From a virus, in the IMG/VR virus record IMGVR_UViG_3300032282_002092, positions 1 to 64,000 of that record: a DNA stretch of 64,000 nt; one strand, 5' to 3'. The notes under the pieces are model-generated. The model had not been told where the DNA came from, did not search any database, and saw only the letters and a program-made list of their open reading frames with translations. Shown here piece by piece: positions 7,569 to 16,962 of this stretch (its first letter is position 1; each line of letters begins with the position of its first letter). The translations under genes and the position numbers were made by a program.

Positions 7569-8455
7569 TTTACCTCCAACGAGGCCGCAACCTTGGTAGC
7601 AGCCTGAGCCACAGCCAGCATCAGTTTCGCCAAAAGGGCATTAGCGATACCCTGCACGTCAACTTCCAGTTCGGAGAACATCTCCACGCTCTCGCTCTCC
7701 TTGGTGGACGGCAGATCGTCAGCGGTTTTAGCGAGACAACCGTCTGAGGCCACGGGTCCGGTACGGCCCAGAAGGATTCCAATGATGTCATCCTTGGTTG
7801 CCTTCTTGGGAGCCTGCGGGCAGATCGCACGCAATTCCTCAACGGTCAGACCGGACAGTTCCTCAGGACTCCAGTCCTCCAGCGAGGACAGGACGTTGTA
7901 GCGCTCATCATCAGCGTTGTCCTCCACCGTCTTTGCCGGTGCCGCAGGACGGGGCTTCTTAACCGGCTCCTCAACGACGGGAGCAGGTTCGGTTTCGACA
8001 ACATCGACCAACGTTATCTCCACCATTGCGGTGTTCAATCCGTACACCTTGATGTTGGCAGCGAGTGCTGCATCGATGAGGTCAAGGGTGTACTCACCAT
8101 CGTTCTCACCATCGTTCTCACCATCGATCAGAATGAGAATTGATACACCGCCGTCCTCCGTTACCGCAATCTTGCGGAGGTGACGGACGGCCTCTTCGGG
8201 ACCCAGTTTTCCGACAGACGCTGCACTACTTGCGTACAGGTCCGACTGTCCCATGTCGATGCGCTCGTAGTACGCATGGATTTTCTCCAAGTACTTGATG
8301 AGTGCGGTGTCCGTGTCGGTCGGATCATCCTTCGTGACTACCGTGAACCAGCAGTCCACATCGTCGGTTGCGGCCTTGTCAACAAGGTCATTGAGTTGGG
8401 CTGCTAACTCCTTCGCAGGCATCGAACCCGATCCTGCAATGAGATACATGCTCAT
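7565..8455 (-). CDS. hypothetical protein; Rossmann-like N-terminus and Rho-N/HeH-like segment
   Basis: YLIAGSG start, Pro/Lys linker, LSGLTVEELRAIC..KKATKDDIIGILL. Confidence 0.6.
   Translation of the reverse strand: MSMYLIAGSGSMPAKELAAQLNDLVDKAATDDVDCWFTVVTKDDPTDTDTALIKYLEKIHAYYERIDMGQSDLYASSAASVGKLGPEEAVRHLRKIAVTEDGGVSILILIDGENDGENDGEYTLDLIDAALAANIKVYGLNTAMVEITLVDVVETEPAPVVEEPVKKPRPAAPAKTVEDNADDERYNVLSSLEDWSPEELSGLTVEELRAICPQAPKKATKDDIIGILLGRTGPVASDGCLAKTADDLPSTKESESVEMFSELEVDVQGIANALLAKLMLAVAQAATKVAASLEVK
8093..8126. repeat. 12-bp in-frame tandem repeat (~2.8 copies)
   Basis: ctcaccatcgtt repeated; encodes DGEN-DGEN-DGE. Confidence 0.8.
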
Positions 8456-8482
8456 TGTTAAGTGCTCCAGTGTGTAGGTGTT

Positions 8483-8746
8483 TCATCGACGTGAGCGTCC
8501 CCCACGTTGAATTTCCATCATAACCGAGTCTGTCAACATTAACAACAAGGCATCCGTAACTTTTACAAGTGACGCACCGCCAGCGACTCCAACCCCTAAC
8601 CACCACTCGTGTGGGTTAAATAGGCATACGGCTCCTATGCCAAGACCGACCGGCAGGAGCGCCCAGAAGATTCTTGGTGCCGTCACGTAGGACGAGAGCG
8701 TTGCAACGATTAGGTGTACGCCCAGAATGCTGAGAACGTAATACAT
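8483..8746 (-). CDS. small membrane protein (holin candidate)
   Basis: About three hydrophobic segments and a basic C-terminus RGGRSRR; TAATG coupling. Confidence 0.55.
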   Translation of the reverse strand: MYYVLSILGVHLIVATLSSYVTAPRIFWALLPVGLGIGAVCLFNPHEWWLGVGVAGGASLVKVTDALLLMLTDSVMMEIQRGGRSRR

Positions 8747-11523
8747 TAGATACCCCATTTGTTAGACAAATATGCGTGTGCTTGGAGAACATCGTCGTCT
8801 GACAGGAACCGCTGGTAGAAGAGTATCTCAGCGATGTCAGCAGTTCCCGTTCCGCCAGCCGGTTCAAAGATAACTGTATTGGTAAGGCTGTCGTTGTGAA
8901 CAGTGTCTGCGTCAAACAAAACACTGTTTCCCAGCATTAGCACTGATCTTCCTATTCCTACACCGTAGGTTCCGTTCTTGAGGTACGTAATGATCTCAAA
9001 ATCACCAGAAGCGTACGTGCTGGTCCAATGCGTGGCTATACCGGGGTTATCAATGAATCCAATTTGACCAGTGCTGCTATAACCAATGCTTACACCGCCG
9101 GTACCCAATGGTGATGTGGAGAACAGTATTGACTGCTGGCTGGTTGCGGTACGGCGTGCAACGATGACTACGCTAAATGGCAAGTGCCCATACAACTCCA
9201 CGGCCACACCCTGCAAGCACTGGCCTGCCGCCGTCTTGCTCACGTACTTCAGCCCATTCTGGAAACCTGCCCTGACCGGGTATCCGTACGTCGGATAGTT
9301 TGTCTGTGTCATATGTTCATATGGGCCAGCACGATCCAACCATCCAGAGATGTTCGTTCCACTGCTGTACGTAAATGACCCATCCTCTGCACCATCAAGG
9401 TGGAGAATGACATCGGCCGGTGGGCCAATAACATCTGCCGCAAACCCAGCAGTAGTTGCCACAGCAACATTTTCTGGATCCTCTAACTGCCACGCATTAA
9501 TCAATGCTCCGTACCCGGTAACTACTGCTTCCGCAGTAACAGGGTCCTCTGGACCAAGATACGCAGCCAGCGGAATGCCTAACCATGACGGTGGTGACAC
9601 CGACTTATTAGTCACCATTTGTGATGCATCAAGACCAGCATTAATCTTTGACAAACTGTTGGCTGTATATCCATTGTTGCGCTCAACATACAGGATGCAC
9701 TCAGATGTAATGGTTTCATCCCAATAAAACGTAACGTAATTCAACACATCTTCTGCGTAAAGATCATCCATAGAACTTACATCACGACTAATCAATAATA
9801 CAGATATTTTTTCTGAACTACTGGGGTTCCAGATAACAGCATTTGATATCGGGTAATAGTCTTCTCGGCTAAACGGAATCGTGATGCTGTTGTTGCTGTG
9901 GTCCACTGTCACCAGTGATTCACCGTTGATCCCAGTGAGCATTGCTCTGAAAGGGATGCTAAGTTCTGCGTAATTGACTTGATCACCGTTGTCGTCAAAC
10001 ATGAGATCGACATACCGGTTTCCATCGATTGTGGATTCAACCCTAGGAATCTGTCGCAGGTCACCGGGTTTGAGTACGTCAAACTGTGGTATCACAGTAC
10101 TGCCAGCGGGAACCCAACTGTAGACAAGACCATCGTCCTTCTCGGAATCTGATGAGTAGTTATTGGGATTGTCCAGCGTCCTGCCGAACAAGCGGCCAGC
10201 GGAAACGGCTTTGTTGTTGTACCAAAGGCTGTACGACTTGCCCTGCTTATCGGCAAGGTCACCGGCCCCGTACCAGCAGAAGTCACTGGTATTGGCATCA
10301 GTCTTGATTCCCATCCCATAGGTGGAGTCGCCGTCGAAGTACGGCCAACCCATGAGCGTTCCCGGTTCGATAAGAACCTCGTCTAACAGTAACTGTGGGT
10401 AGTGCCAACTATCGTCGGCGTAATAGCCGCGGACCTCAAATACAAGACGCAGACTTTCCGTGTGCTGTACTGATCGGATACCGTAGATGTGCTGAAGCAC
10501 TACGGGTGGAGAAATGTTGTCTACATCATCTGTAACACTGTTTCTCAAATCCCATTCTTCACAAAGCCCTAAATCTTGAAGACCCCAGTCAATCTCATAC
10601 ATTTCCGTGTATGGGTCATACCACATGACCCCAGCACGTAAGATGCCGTGACCAGCGACCTTAGCCTGAAACGTGAAATGCTCTTGCGCCAGCATCTCTG
10701 GGTTAAAAGAATTGGAATATACATAGAGCCTGTGGTATGGGTCGTACTCAGGTAGTGACGAACTTCCACTGGGTCCATAAAAGTACCCTACAAATGGACT
10801 GCTGTATGTATCTACACCATTACCAATATAGTCGTTACTAGCGCTATTAGTGATCCAGTGATCTGTATTGGATGCCTCAAATGAAGGATTAGCAATAAAG
10901 TTCACTCGCTGTGGAGTTATCCACAGGTTGTGTACATGAGCACCCTCAAATGGCCTAGTACCGAAAAGAAAGAGGGTTGGACCCTCGTCAGGACTTACCG
11001 CTTCAGGAGTGGTAACCCCGGTGCTCCACCGGAACAACCAGTTACCGGAAACTGTTGAGTCATATCGTGTGGTGAATACATCTCCAGCACGAACGATTCC
11101 CGTCAGGCACGGAGTGGTCGTGATCATAAGCACGATGTTGTAATGATCTGATTCCTCAATGCCGAGATCGACGGAGTCAGCGAATAGCACTACCGCACGG
11201 GCCTCACACGGCTGCATATCAGCGTATCCAAAAGTAAATTCGGAGGGGATAGTGAGGTATGTGTGCTGCCCAACGACTTGCAGCGCAGATGTGACAGCCA
11301 ACGATGGAGCAAATCCTCGGGCCGAATCGATTTCTCTCCACCCATCAACCGTGATTAGGTGGTCTAGATGTTCACCATCTTCCCCAACCGGCAGGGTTCC
11401 GATCTCACCATCGAAACGCAGACGCACTTGATCAAGGATTGTGATGCGTACATCCAAACCGTCAAGCACCTCAGGGGTGCTGGCAATGCAGTTCTTCAGG
11501 GCATTTGAGAAGTAAACGGCCAT
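8746..11523 (-). CDS. baseplate/tail protein with C-terminal LamG-like domain
   Basis: RVNFIANPSFE, PYFDGD; C-terminal ILHLDG...WLD and DIAEILFYQRFLS...YLSNKWGI. Confidence 0.75.
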   Translation of the reverse strand: MAVYFSNALKNCIASTPEVLDGLDVRITILDQVRLRFDGEIGTLPVGEDGEHLDHLITVDGWREIDSARGFAPSLAVTSALQVVGQHTYLTIPSEFTFGYADMQPCEARAVVLFADSVDLGIEESDHYNIVLMITTTPCLTGIVRAGDVFTTRYDSTVSGNWLFRWSTGVTTPEAVSPDEGPTLFLFGTRPFEGAHVHNLWITPQRVNFIANPSFEASNTDHWITNSASNDYIGNGVDTYSSPFVGYFYGPSGSSSLPEYDPYHRLYVYSNSFNPEMLAQEHFTFQAKVAGHGILRAGVMWYDPYTEMYEIDWGLQDLGLCEEWDLRNSVTDDVDNISPPVVLQHIYGIRSVQHTESLRLVFEVRGYYADDSWHYPQLLLDEVLIEPGTLMGWPYFDGDSTYGMGIKTDANTSDFCWYGAGDLADKQGKSYSLWYNNKAVSAGRLFGRTLDNPNNYSSDSEKDDGLVYSWVPAGSTVIPQFDVLKPGDLRQIPRVESTIDGNRYVDLMFDDNGDQVNYAELSIPFRAMLTGINGESLVTVDHSNNSITIPFSREDYYPISNAVIWNPSSSEKISVLLISRDVSSMDDLYAEDVLNYVTFYWDETITSECILYVERNNGYTANSLSKINAGLDASQMVTNKSVSPPSWLGIPLAAYLGPEDPVTAEAVVTGYGALINAWQLEDPENVAVATTAGFAADVIGPPADVILHLDGAEDGSFTYSSGTNISGWLDRAGPYEHMTQTNYPTYGYPVRAGFQNGLKYVSKTAAGQCLQGVAVELYGHLPFSVVIVARRTATSQQSILFSTSPLGTGGVSIGYSSTGQIGFIDNPGIATHWTSTYASGDFEIITYLKNGTYGVGIGRSVLMLGNSVLFDADTVHNDSLTNTVIFEPAGGTGTADIAEILFYQRFLSDDDVLQAHAYLSNKWGI

Positions 11524-11524
11524 G

Positions 11525-13348
11525 TCAGGAACCTATGGTCTTAAGGGATTCAGGGTTAAAGCCTTCAGGAAGCGGTCCAGCACTATCTCCGATGTATTCG
11601 TAATCATCGCTAAGGGTAATGACAAAGTCAGGAGCGTAACTACCGACTGTTGTCGGTTCCCCAACGTAGTAAACCATTGCCCCCATCATATAAAAGTATG
11701 GAGCGGAATCTTCCGCAGGAGTAGCCTGTCGATTCTGGACAATAACGAGCGGGATTGCGTATTGAGCGGTGGCCGGTGATTCGGCCTGCACAAATACCTG
11801 CCTCCAACCATCGACCCATGGGTTAGGTGTACCGGGACCAAAGTTGACCCCATGCGATACGCCAACCATTTGACCTTGGGTTGAGAACCATGCGAAGGCT
11901 CCACGTACATATTGCGGCACCGGCCCAGAGTATTGGAACTGGAACCCGTATACCCGGTTACCAATTACTGGGATGCCATTTGACTCGGGGACCATTGTCG
12001 TGTACTGCGGAATCCCATTTACAAGACCGTCATATCGGGAGCCATATCCACACGACAGAATGATGTGCGCAGTTTCCTGACCCTTAGTGGTGGAAACACG
12101 CATCACACCTTGGCCCGCATTTTCGGCCCGTGTCGGAGCGTCATAGGGTGCTTCCAAGATGAGTTCACTGGCATACGTCCAGATGTCTGCGGTAGTGATA
12201 GCGCTCGTGGCACTGGCAACGCCAGCGTAGAAAGTGGTTGCTCCGAAATCCGTTTCTGCCGAATCAAACACAGTAGAACCCGTGGCAGTGGCAGCGGTCG
12301 CTGTAAATAGTGCGTGGAGGGCAGGGTAACCGTCTACATCCACCGTGGCGTTGAACGCCTCACCTGTAACGGTGGCATCACCCGATGGTTCAATGACTAT
12401 GCCTGTGGCGACATCTCGTCCACCGGGAAAGGCAACCCAGTTGCCAGAACTATGAGCGAATTCACTGTCGTCATTCAGCAACATCAAGTTCTCACCGACA
12501 GACAGGTGCGACCGGTACTTGGTAGCAGCCTCTACCAGTAGACGTAGTCCCTCAGGAGTTCCACGCTCGCTGTGGAGTTCTGCCAACCTTGCAACCATAT
12601 GTCGATATCGGATGTCACCAAGGCCTGCCTCGTACGGCAGCCCGAGGTTCTCGCCAATGTGGCGAAGCAGTGCGATAGGGACTGTATCAATGTGATACAT
12701 GTCCAGCCAAGAATCAACATACCCACGGATGCCGTCCAGTTCTGCACCAAACACCGATAAGAACTGTCGCAGGTATCCGTTATCGGGCCGGTAGAAATCA
12801 TCACGCTGCCGGTAGTACGGAGGCAGCGACTGCCAGAGTTTGTCCGTGTGTCCCAGATCAGCAGGAAGAAACACACTGGACTGGACTGCCGCCACCCACT
12901 CCAACCCACGGTTGAAGAACAGTGTGTAGTAGTACCACTTGCCAGATTGCAAGGGCGTGTCCTTGACCACAATAGTAATCGGTGTCCCGTTCAAATCCAG
13001 TGTCCAACTGTCTTTGTAAGCGTGCTGGACGGTCACACCATCGTTAACGGTTACCGGGTAACCAAAGCAGGAACGGACAATCACCAGTTCCCACGAGGCC
13101 CACTCCTTGATATCGGGAGGCCAGCCCCACGAGATATCAATCGTGTCATAGCCGTTTATCTCCGTTACCAGCGAGTAGTTGGCAATCGTGTCAGCAATCG
13201 TTACGGTTTCGCCACCGTAACGGAGTGCCGCTTTCTTGTCAGAAGAATCGGCCCGTACGTAATCTCCACCAGTAACGTCTCCGTACTGATTTCGCTGAAC
13301 GGTAAACGCAGGAGCACCGTCGGTATACGGAATCCAGTTATCACTCAT
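11525..13348 (-). CDS. baseplate wedge protein (P2 gpI-like)
   Basis: LWQSLPPYY, LRQFLSVFGAELD, ERGTPEGL; follows the gpJ-like gene. Confidence 0.75.
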   Translation of the reverse strand: MSDNWIPYTDGAPAFTVQRNQYGDVTGGDYVRADSSDKKAALRYGGETVTIADTIANYSLVTEINGYDTIDISWGWPPDIKEWASWELVIVRSCFGYPVTVNDGVTVQHAYKDSWTLDLNGTPITIVVKDTPLQSGKWYYYTLFFNRGLEWVAAVQSSVFLPADLGHTDKLWQSLPPYYRQRDDFYRPDNGYLRQFLSVFGAELDGIRGYVDSWLDMYHIDTVPIALLRHIGENLGLPYEAGLGDIRYRHMVARLAELHSERGTPEGLRLLVEAATKYRSHLSVGENLMLLNDDSEFAHSSGNWVAFPGGRDVATGIVIEPSGDATVTGEAFNATVDVDGYPALHALFTATAATATGSTVFDSAETDFGATTFYAGVASATSAITTADIWTYASELILEAPYDAPTRAENAGQGVMRVSTTKGQETAHIILSCGYGSRYDGLVNGIPQYTTMVPESNGIPVIGNRVYGFQFQYSGPVPQYVRGAFAWFSTQGQMVGVSHGVNFGPGTPNPWVDGWRQVFVQAESPATAQYAIPLVIVQNRQATPAEDSAPYFYMMGAMVYYVGEPTTVGSYAPDFVITLSDDYEYIGDSAGPLPEGFNPESLKTIGS

Positions 13349-15006
13349 GTGTTAGGCATGCCCCCAACAGCCTGAACCCAAAGCCCGTTATGCGTGCGCT
13401 CTGCGAGCGTCAGGGTCGGGAACGACACCTCAGGTTCCACTACCTCGTCAGCACTGAGCCTGAGAATAGTACGAGTGGTAGGAATTACGTTAGTAATAGA
13501 ACGGTTGTCATCACGCTGGAAGATGTCCACCTCTACTGCCGTATTTGACGGCGCAGCGGTATCAAGCCAGAACACGTCGGCCCACTCAACGCCGGGAATC
13601 GCCAAAATCTTTCGGTACACCTGACCGATAGTGATCTTGTAGTCAAAGTCCACATTGTCAAATGCGAATAGTGCCTTAAGTGCTGTTTCGACATCCGTCT
13701 TGACCTTGGTCCGGTTATATGTGGATTCAACATGAAGGTTGACACGAACCCACACGTCAGTCCAGAGATCAGCGAACGACCGAGGCTCCGCAACCACGGT
13801 TGTTCCTACAAGGATCTTGTCGGCCAAGAAGTGCTCCACACCGGTACAGATTCGGTCCATGTAATCGTCCGAGGCATTTCCACCAACGGGAGCCACACGG
13901 ACGAAGATCACCGAATAGATAGTCCCATATGCAACCGCCTTGGCTACGCCGGGAACCTGCAACGCCAGATCGGAATAGTCCGACAGCGTGATGGCACGCT
14001 TCTTCAGACGACCAGCAGCCGTGGGAATTGAGTATCGCATCGATTCAATGCTCTCAATATCAGAACCGCCTACAGGAACATCAGTGCTGGTAACTGTCAC
14101 CCCTGCAAGGTCCACGCCAACTACCGGGGCAATCGATGTAACCGCACCGATGGGCAGAGAGTTTGCGGCCGCACCCTTACCCGTCCGGTAAGAGACAAAC
14201 AGGTCCGTGTTGATCGGAGGGATTCGACCGCTGGCGTTATCACCGAACAGAATGTGGGTCACGTCAGAATCGTCAACGTACGAGGTGAAGACGGACTGTG
14301 TTGGTGTTGCGGCCGCAATGTCATCGACGTAAGTCCAGTCGATAAGCCGCCCACCTTCTCGTGAGTACACGGTAAGCGTTCCAAAGATCACGCCAGTGTC
14401 AATCGGGATACTCCAGTTTGGGTACCCCTTGCTGAAGCCAAGCGGTCGGTTAGATACCGACACACCCTCGGTAGCCGTAGCAACGGCGGTAACTGTCGTA
14501 CCCGTAGTCAATGGACCAAGCGTTACGTCGCTATCAACTTCAAAGGTGTACGCATTGCCTGACCCGTTGTCCGACGTACGTACTTGCGTCCTTGCCGGGA
14601 TCGTGACTGTATAAGTTGCCGGATCCACGTTGATCAACTTGGTGTAGTCCAGAGTGAACTCCAGTGTGACCGTAGCCGCCTGCTGGCCGATAGGCGTATA
14701 TCCAAGCATGTCTGCGATATACAAAATGCTCTGGCGACGCTGTGCGGTACTCAGGAACGATTCCCCGGCAGCACGGTCGATGTAAAAGTGCAGCACGTCA
14801 CCCATGTACGCAAACAGTTCAAGGAGCAGCGTTCCAAAATCTCCCGCCTCGCCCGCTGTGCTCCAGTCAGGCATAAGGCCTTTAGCAAGTCCTACTAACT
14901 GGGACCTAATTGCGGCGAAGTCGCGATTCGTGTAATCAAGTACCACACGGTTGTGCGAGGTAAGAAAGTCTGACGATGTGATCGGGATTCCAATGTCAGC
15001 CATCAC
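13345..15006 (-). CDS. baseplate J-like wedge protein
   Basis: LDYTNRDFAAIR, FGDNASGRIP, GGSDIESIESMR, RAITLSDY. Confidence 0.9.
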   Translation of the reverse strand: MMADIGIPITSSDFLTSHNRVVLDYTNRDFAAIRSQLVGLAKGLMPDWSTAGEAGDFGTLLLELFAYMGDVLHFYIDRAAGESFLSTAQRRQSILYIADMLGYTPIGQQAATVTLEFTLDYTKLINVDPATYTVTIPARTQVRTSDNGSGNAYTFEVDSDVTLGPLTTGTTVTAVATATEGVSVSNRPLGFSKGYPNWSIPIDTGVIFGTLTVYSREGGRLIDWTYVDDIAAATPTQSVFTSYVDDSDVTHILFGDNASGRIPPINTDLFVSYRTGKGAAANSLPIGAVTSIAPVVGVDLAGVTVTSTDVPVGGSDIESIESMRYSIPTAAGRLKKRAITLSDYSDLALQVPGVAKAVAYGTIYSVIFVRVAPVGGNASDDYMDRICTGVEHFLADKILVGTTVVAEPRSFADLWTDVWVRVNLHVESTYNRTKVKTDVETALKALFAFDNVDFDYKITIGQVYRKILAIPGVEWADVFWLDTAAPSNTAVEVDIFQRDDNRSITNVIPTTRTILRLSADEVVEPEVSFPTLTLAERTHNGLWVQAVGGMPNT

Positions 15007-15401
15007 GCACCAACTTGTTTCTGACTCAATGAGTCACTCATAAGGGGAATTGTCAGGATCTGGGAGTCCTGAATAAGGGACGGCCTGTATTGTATATCAA
15101 CATTGAGCACGCCGTTATCCCGTTCGGGATTTGAGAACCTTACGTACTCAACAATAACTCTACTAGACAAACTCTGGATACGTTCCTTGATTCGGTTTGC
15201 CGCATCAGAGCGTACCATTGCATCGTTTGGATTGAACAGTGCCGATTGTAAGTCACTTCCGTAGGTTGCCCTGAACGTCCGCTCACCTTGATTGGTCATC
15301 AGAGCATCAACGATCTGGCCGCGAATAATGGCATTGTAATCAGTCGTGGTCGATATCCGACCAGTACTTGACACGGTAAACGGTACCGTTAATCCAATCA
15401 T
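15003..15401 (-). CDS. gp25/gpW-like baseplate wedge protein
   Basis: LMTNQGERTFRATYGSDL...LFNP. Confidence 0.88.
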   Translation of the reverse strand: MIGLTVPFTVSSTGRISTTTDYNAIIRGQIVDALMTNQGERTFRATYGSDLQSALFNPNDAMVRSDAANRIKERIQSLSSRVIVEYVRFSNPERDNGVLNVDIQYRPSLIQDSQILTIPLMSDSLSQKQVGA

Positions 15402-15403
15402 TT

Positions 15404-16624
15404 CTATACGCCCTTAATAGAAGTTTTGTATTGCGTTGACCAACTATGATTAAAAATACTACCCGATAAAAGCCGTGCTGTTGGAATGCCAATCTCAAAC
15501 TCGTCCCAGAACGGTCGATACACACCACTGTCTTTTACGGTGGGAACCGGTACCGGTCGCCCCAGAGTAAGGTTGCTGTTGAAGGTAGTTCTAGTCATGG
15601 AGTGTTCAACTCCTATAACTAACCAGCGGCCGTTATATCGGGCCGATGCGGAGGCCTGTCCGGTGTTGATGGTTACCGTCATGCCGGGATAGATACTCGC
15701 ATCACCTTTGATGCGTGCCTCTGCTTGCTGAGTCCAGCGTTCGATGTTCCGGTCTACACCAGCAATCACTTCACGACCCTGCTCCACCGACAGGATCGGG
15801 AACGTCACGGGGATGTAATTCTTGGCCCCAGTGCCACCCTTTTGGATAGTCACATCACCATTGCTGCTCAGGATTGAGGTGATCAGTCCCTGCTTGTTGT
15901 ACAACTGGGGGCTTGTTTCTGTCGGCTGAAAATCCATGAGCGAACGCTGCGGATCCTCCAGCACATCGGAAGTTGTCGTGAGAATCCTGTAGGGGGTCTT
16001 TTCCATAAGTTTCAGCGGGTCGCATACACGGATTACAGGACCCCAAGTGAAGACAATGTAGCCAATAAGTAGGCACGTATTACAGATGAATTCCCAATCC
16101 GTCTCCGTGGACTGCCCCCGTGCCTGCCACCGATAGTTGCTACCGTGTGACAGCAGCGTCAGTCCAGCGGCTTCAGTACGTAACTGAATCAGTTCTGGGA
16201 TTGTCTTGTTGGTGTCCATGCGGCGAGTTACCTGTTGCAGAATGAACGATGCGCCGGTCATATCGATCTGGAAATCGATGCTCTGCTTGAACCGCTGATT
16301 GGGAGTGACAGCAGTGACGTACCCGGTAAATGTCTCCGTAACACCATTGATCCCGTAAGTGAACTTGATGGGTTGATCGACCATCTGCTCAACTACAACG
16401 GTCTGAGACGCACCAGTGGGGTCCGTCTCATCAATAGGAATCTGATATGAACCGTCCATCTGGAGTGTCCCATTGAGCACTACGGATAGGGTGGCAACAT
16501 CATGCTCGTTTGCGTAACGAGTAATGCTGCACTCACGAACCACTAACGGATACTTAATCTCACCGATGTATACGTCCGATATCGGTATGTTTAGAAATGA
16601 CGGATCAATAGAAATAGTGGGCAT
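15404..16624 (-). CDS. baseplate hub (gp27/VgrG/gpD-like)
   Basis: QSTETDWEFI, IKGDASIYPG, GRWLVIGVEH. Confidence 0.82.
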   Translation of the reverse strand: MPTISIDPSFLNIPISDVYIGEIKYPLVVRECSITRYANEHDVATLSVVLNGTLQMDGSYQIPIDETDPTGASQTVVVEQMVDQPIKFTYGINGVTETFTGYVTAVTPNQRFKQSIDFQIDMTGASFILQQVTRRMDTNKTIPELIQLRTEAAGLTLLSHGSNYRWQARGQSTETDWEFICNTCLLIGYIVFTWGPVIRVCDPLKLMEKTPYRILTTTSDVLEDPQRSLMDFQPTETSPQLYNKQGLITSILSSNGDVTIQKGGTGAKNYIPVTFPILSVEQGREVIAGVDRNIERWTQQAEARIKGDASIYPGMTVTINTGQASASARYNGRWLVIGVEHSMTRTTFNSNLTLGRPVPVPTVKDSGVYRPFWDEFEIGIPTARLLSGSIFNHSWSTQYKTSIKGV

Positions 16625-16626
16625 AC

Positions 16627-16962
16627 TTACACCGGAATCTTTATAACCGTTCCCGGCTCTAGATCAAGTGGATACCAAATGTGTGGATTAAAATCAGCAA
16701 TAGTCCACCACAAGTTGTGGTTCTGAAGAAACGTGTATGCCAGAAGTTGAAGACTGTCGCCCTCTTTTGCAATGTACTCCAAGTAGTTCTGAGAGGTTGA
16801 CGGTGAGTCCGGTAACCGGTACAGGATCGTGTTGTTCTGGAGCATCGGCTCGGTTGAACTTGGGTCATCACCATCAATCAGTACACGCCGGTACTTGTCA
16901 TACGAGTGACCGGTCGCATACATCTTGGAAGAATCGGCATATCGGGAGTTACCGGTAATCAT
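16627..16962 (-). CDS. LysM/gpX-like baseplate protein
   Basis: EGDSLQLLAY...LWWTIADFNP...LEPGTVIKIP. Confidence 0.85.
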   Translation of the reverse strand: MITGNSRYADSSKMYATGHSYDKYRRVLIDGDDPSSTEPMLQNNTILYRLPDSPSTSQNYLEYIAKEGDSLQLLAYTFLQNHNLWWTIADFNPHIWYPLDLEPGTVIKIPV

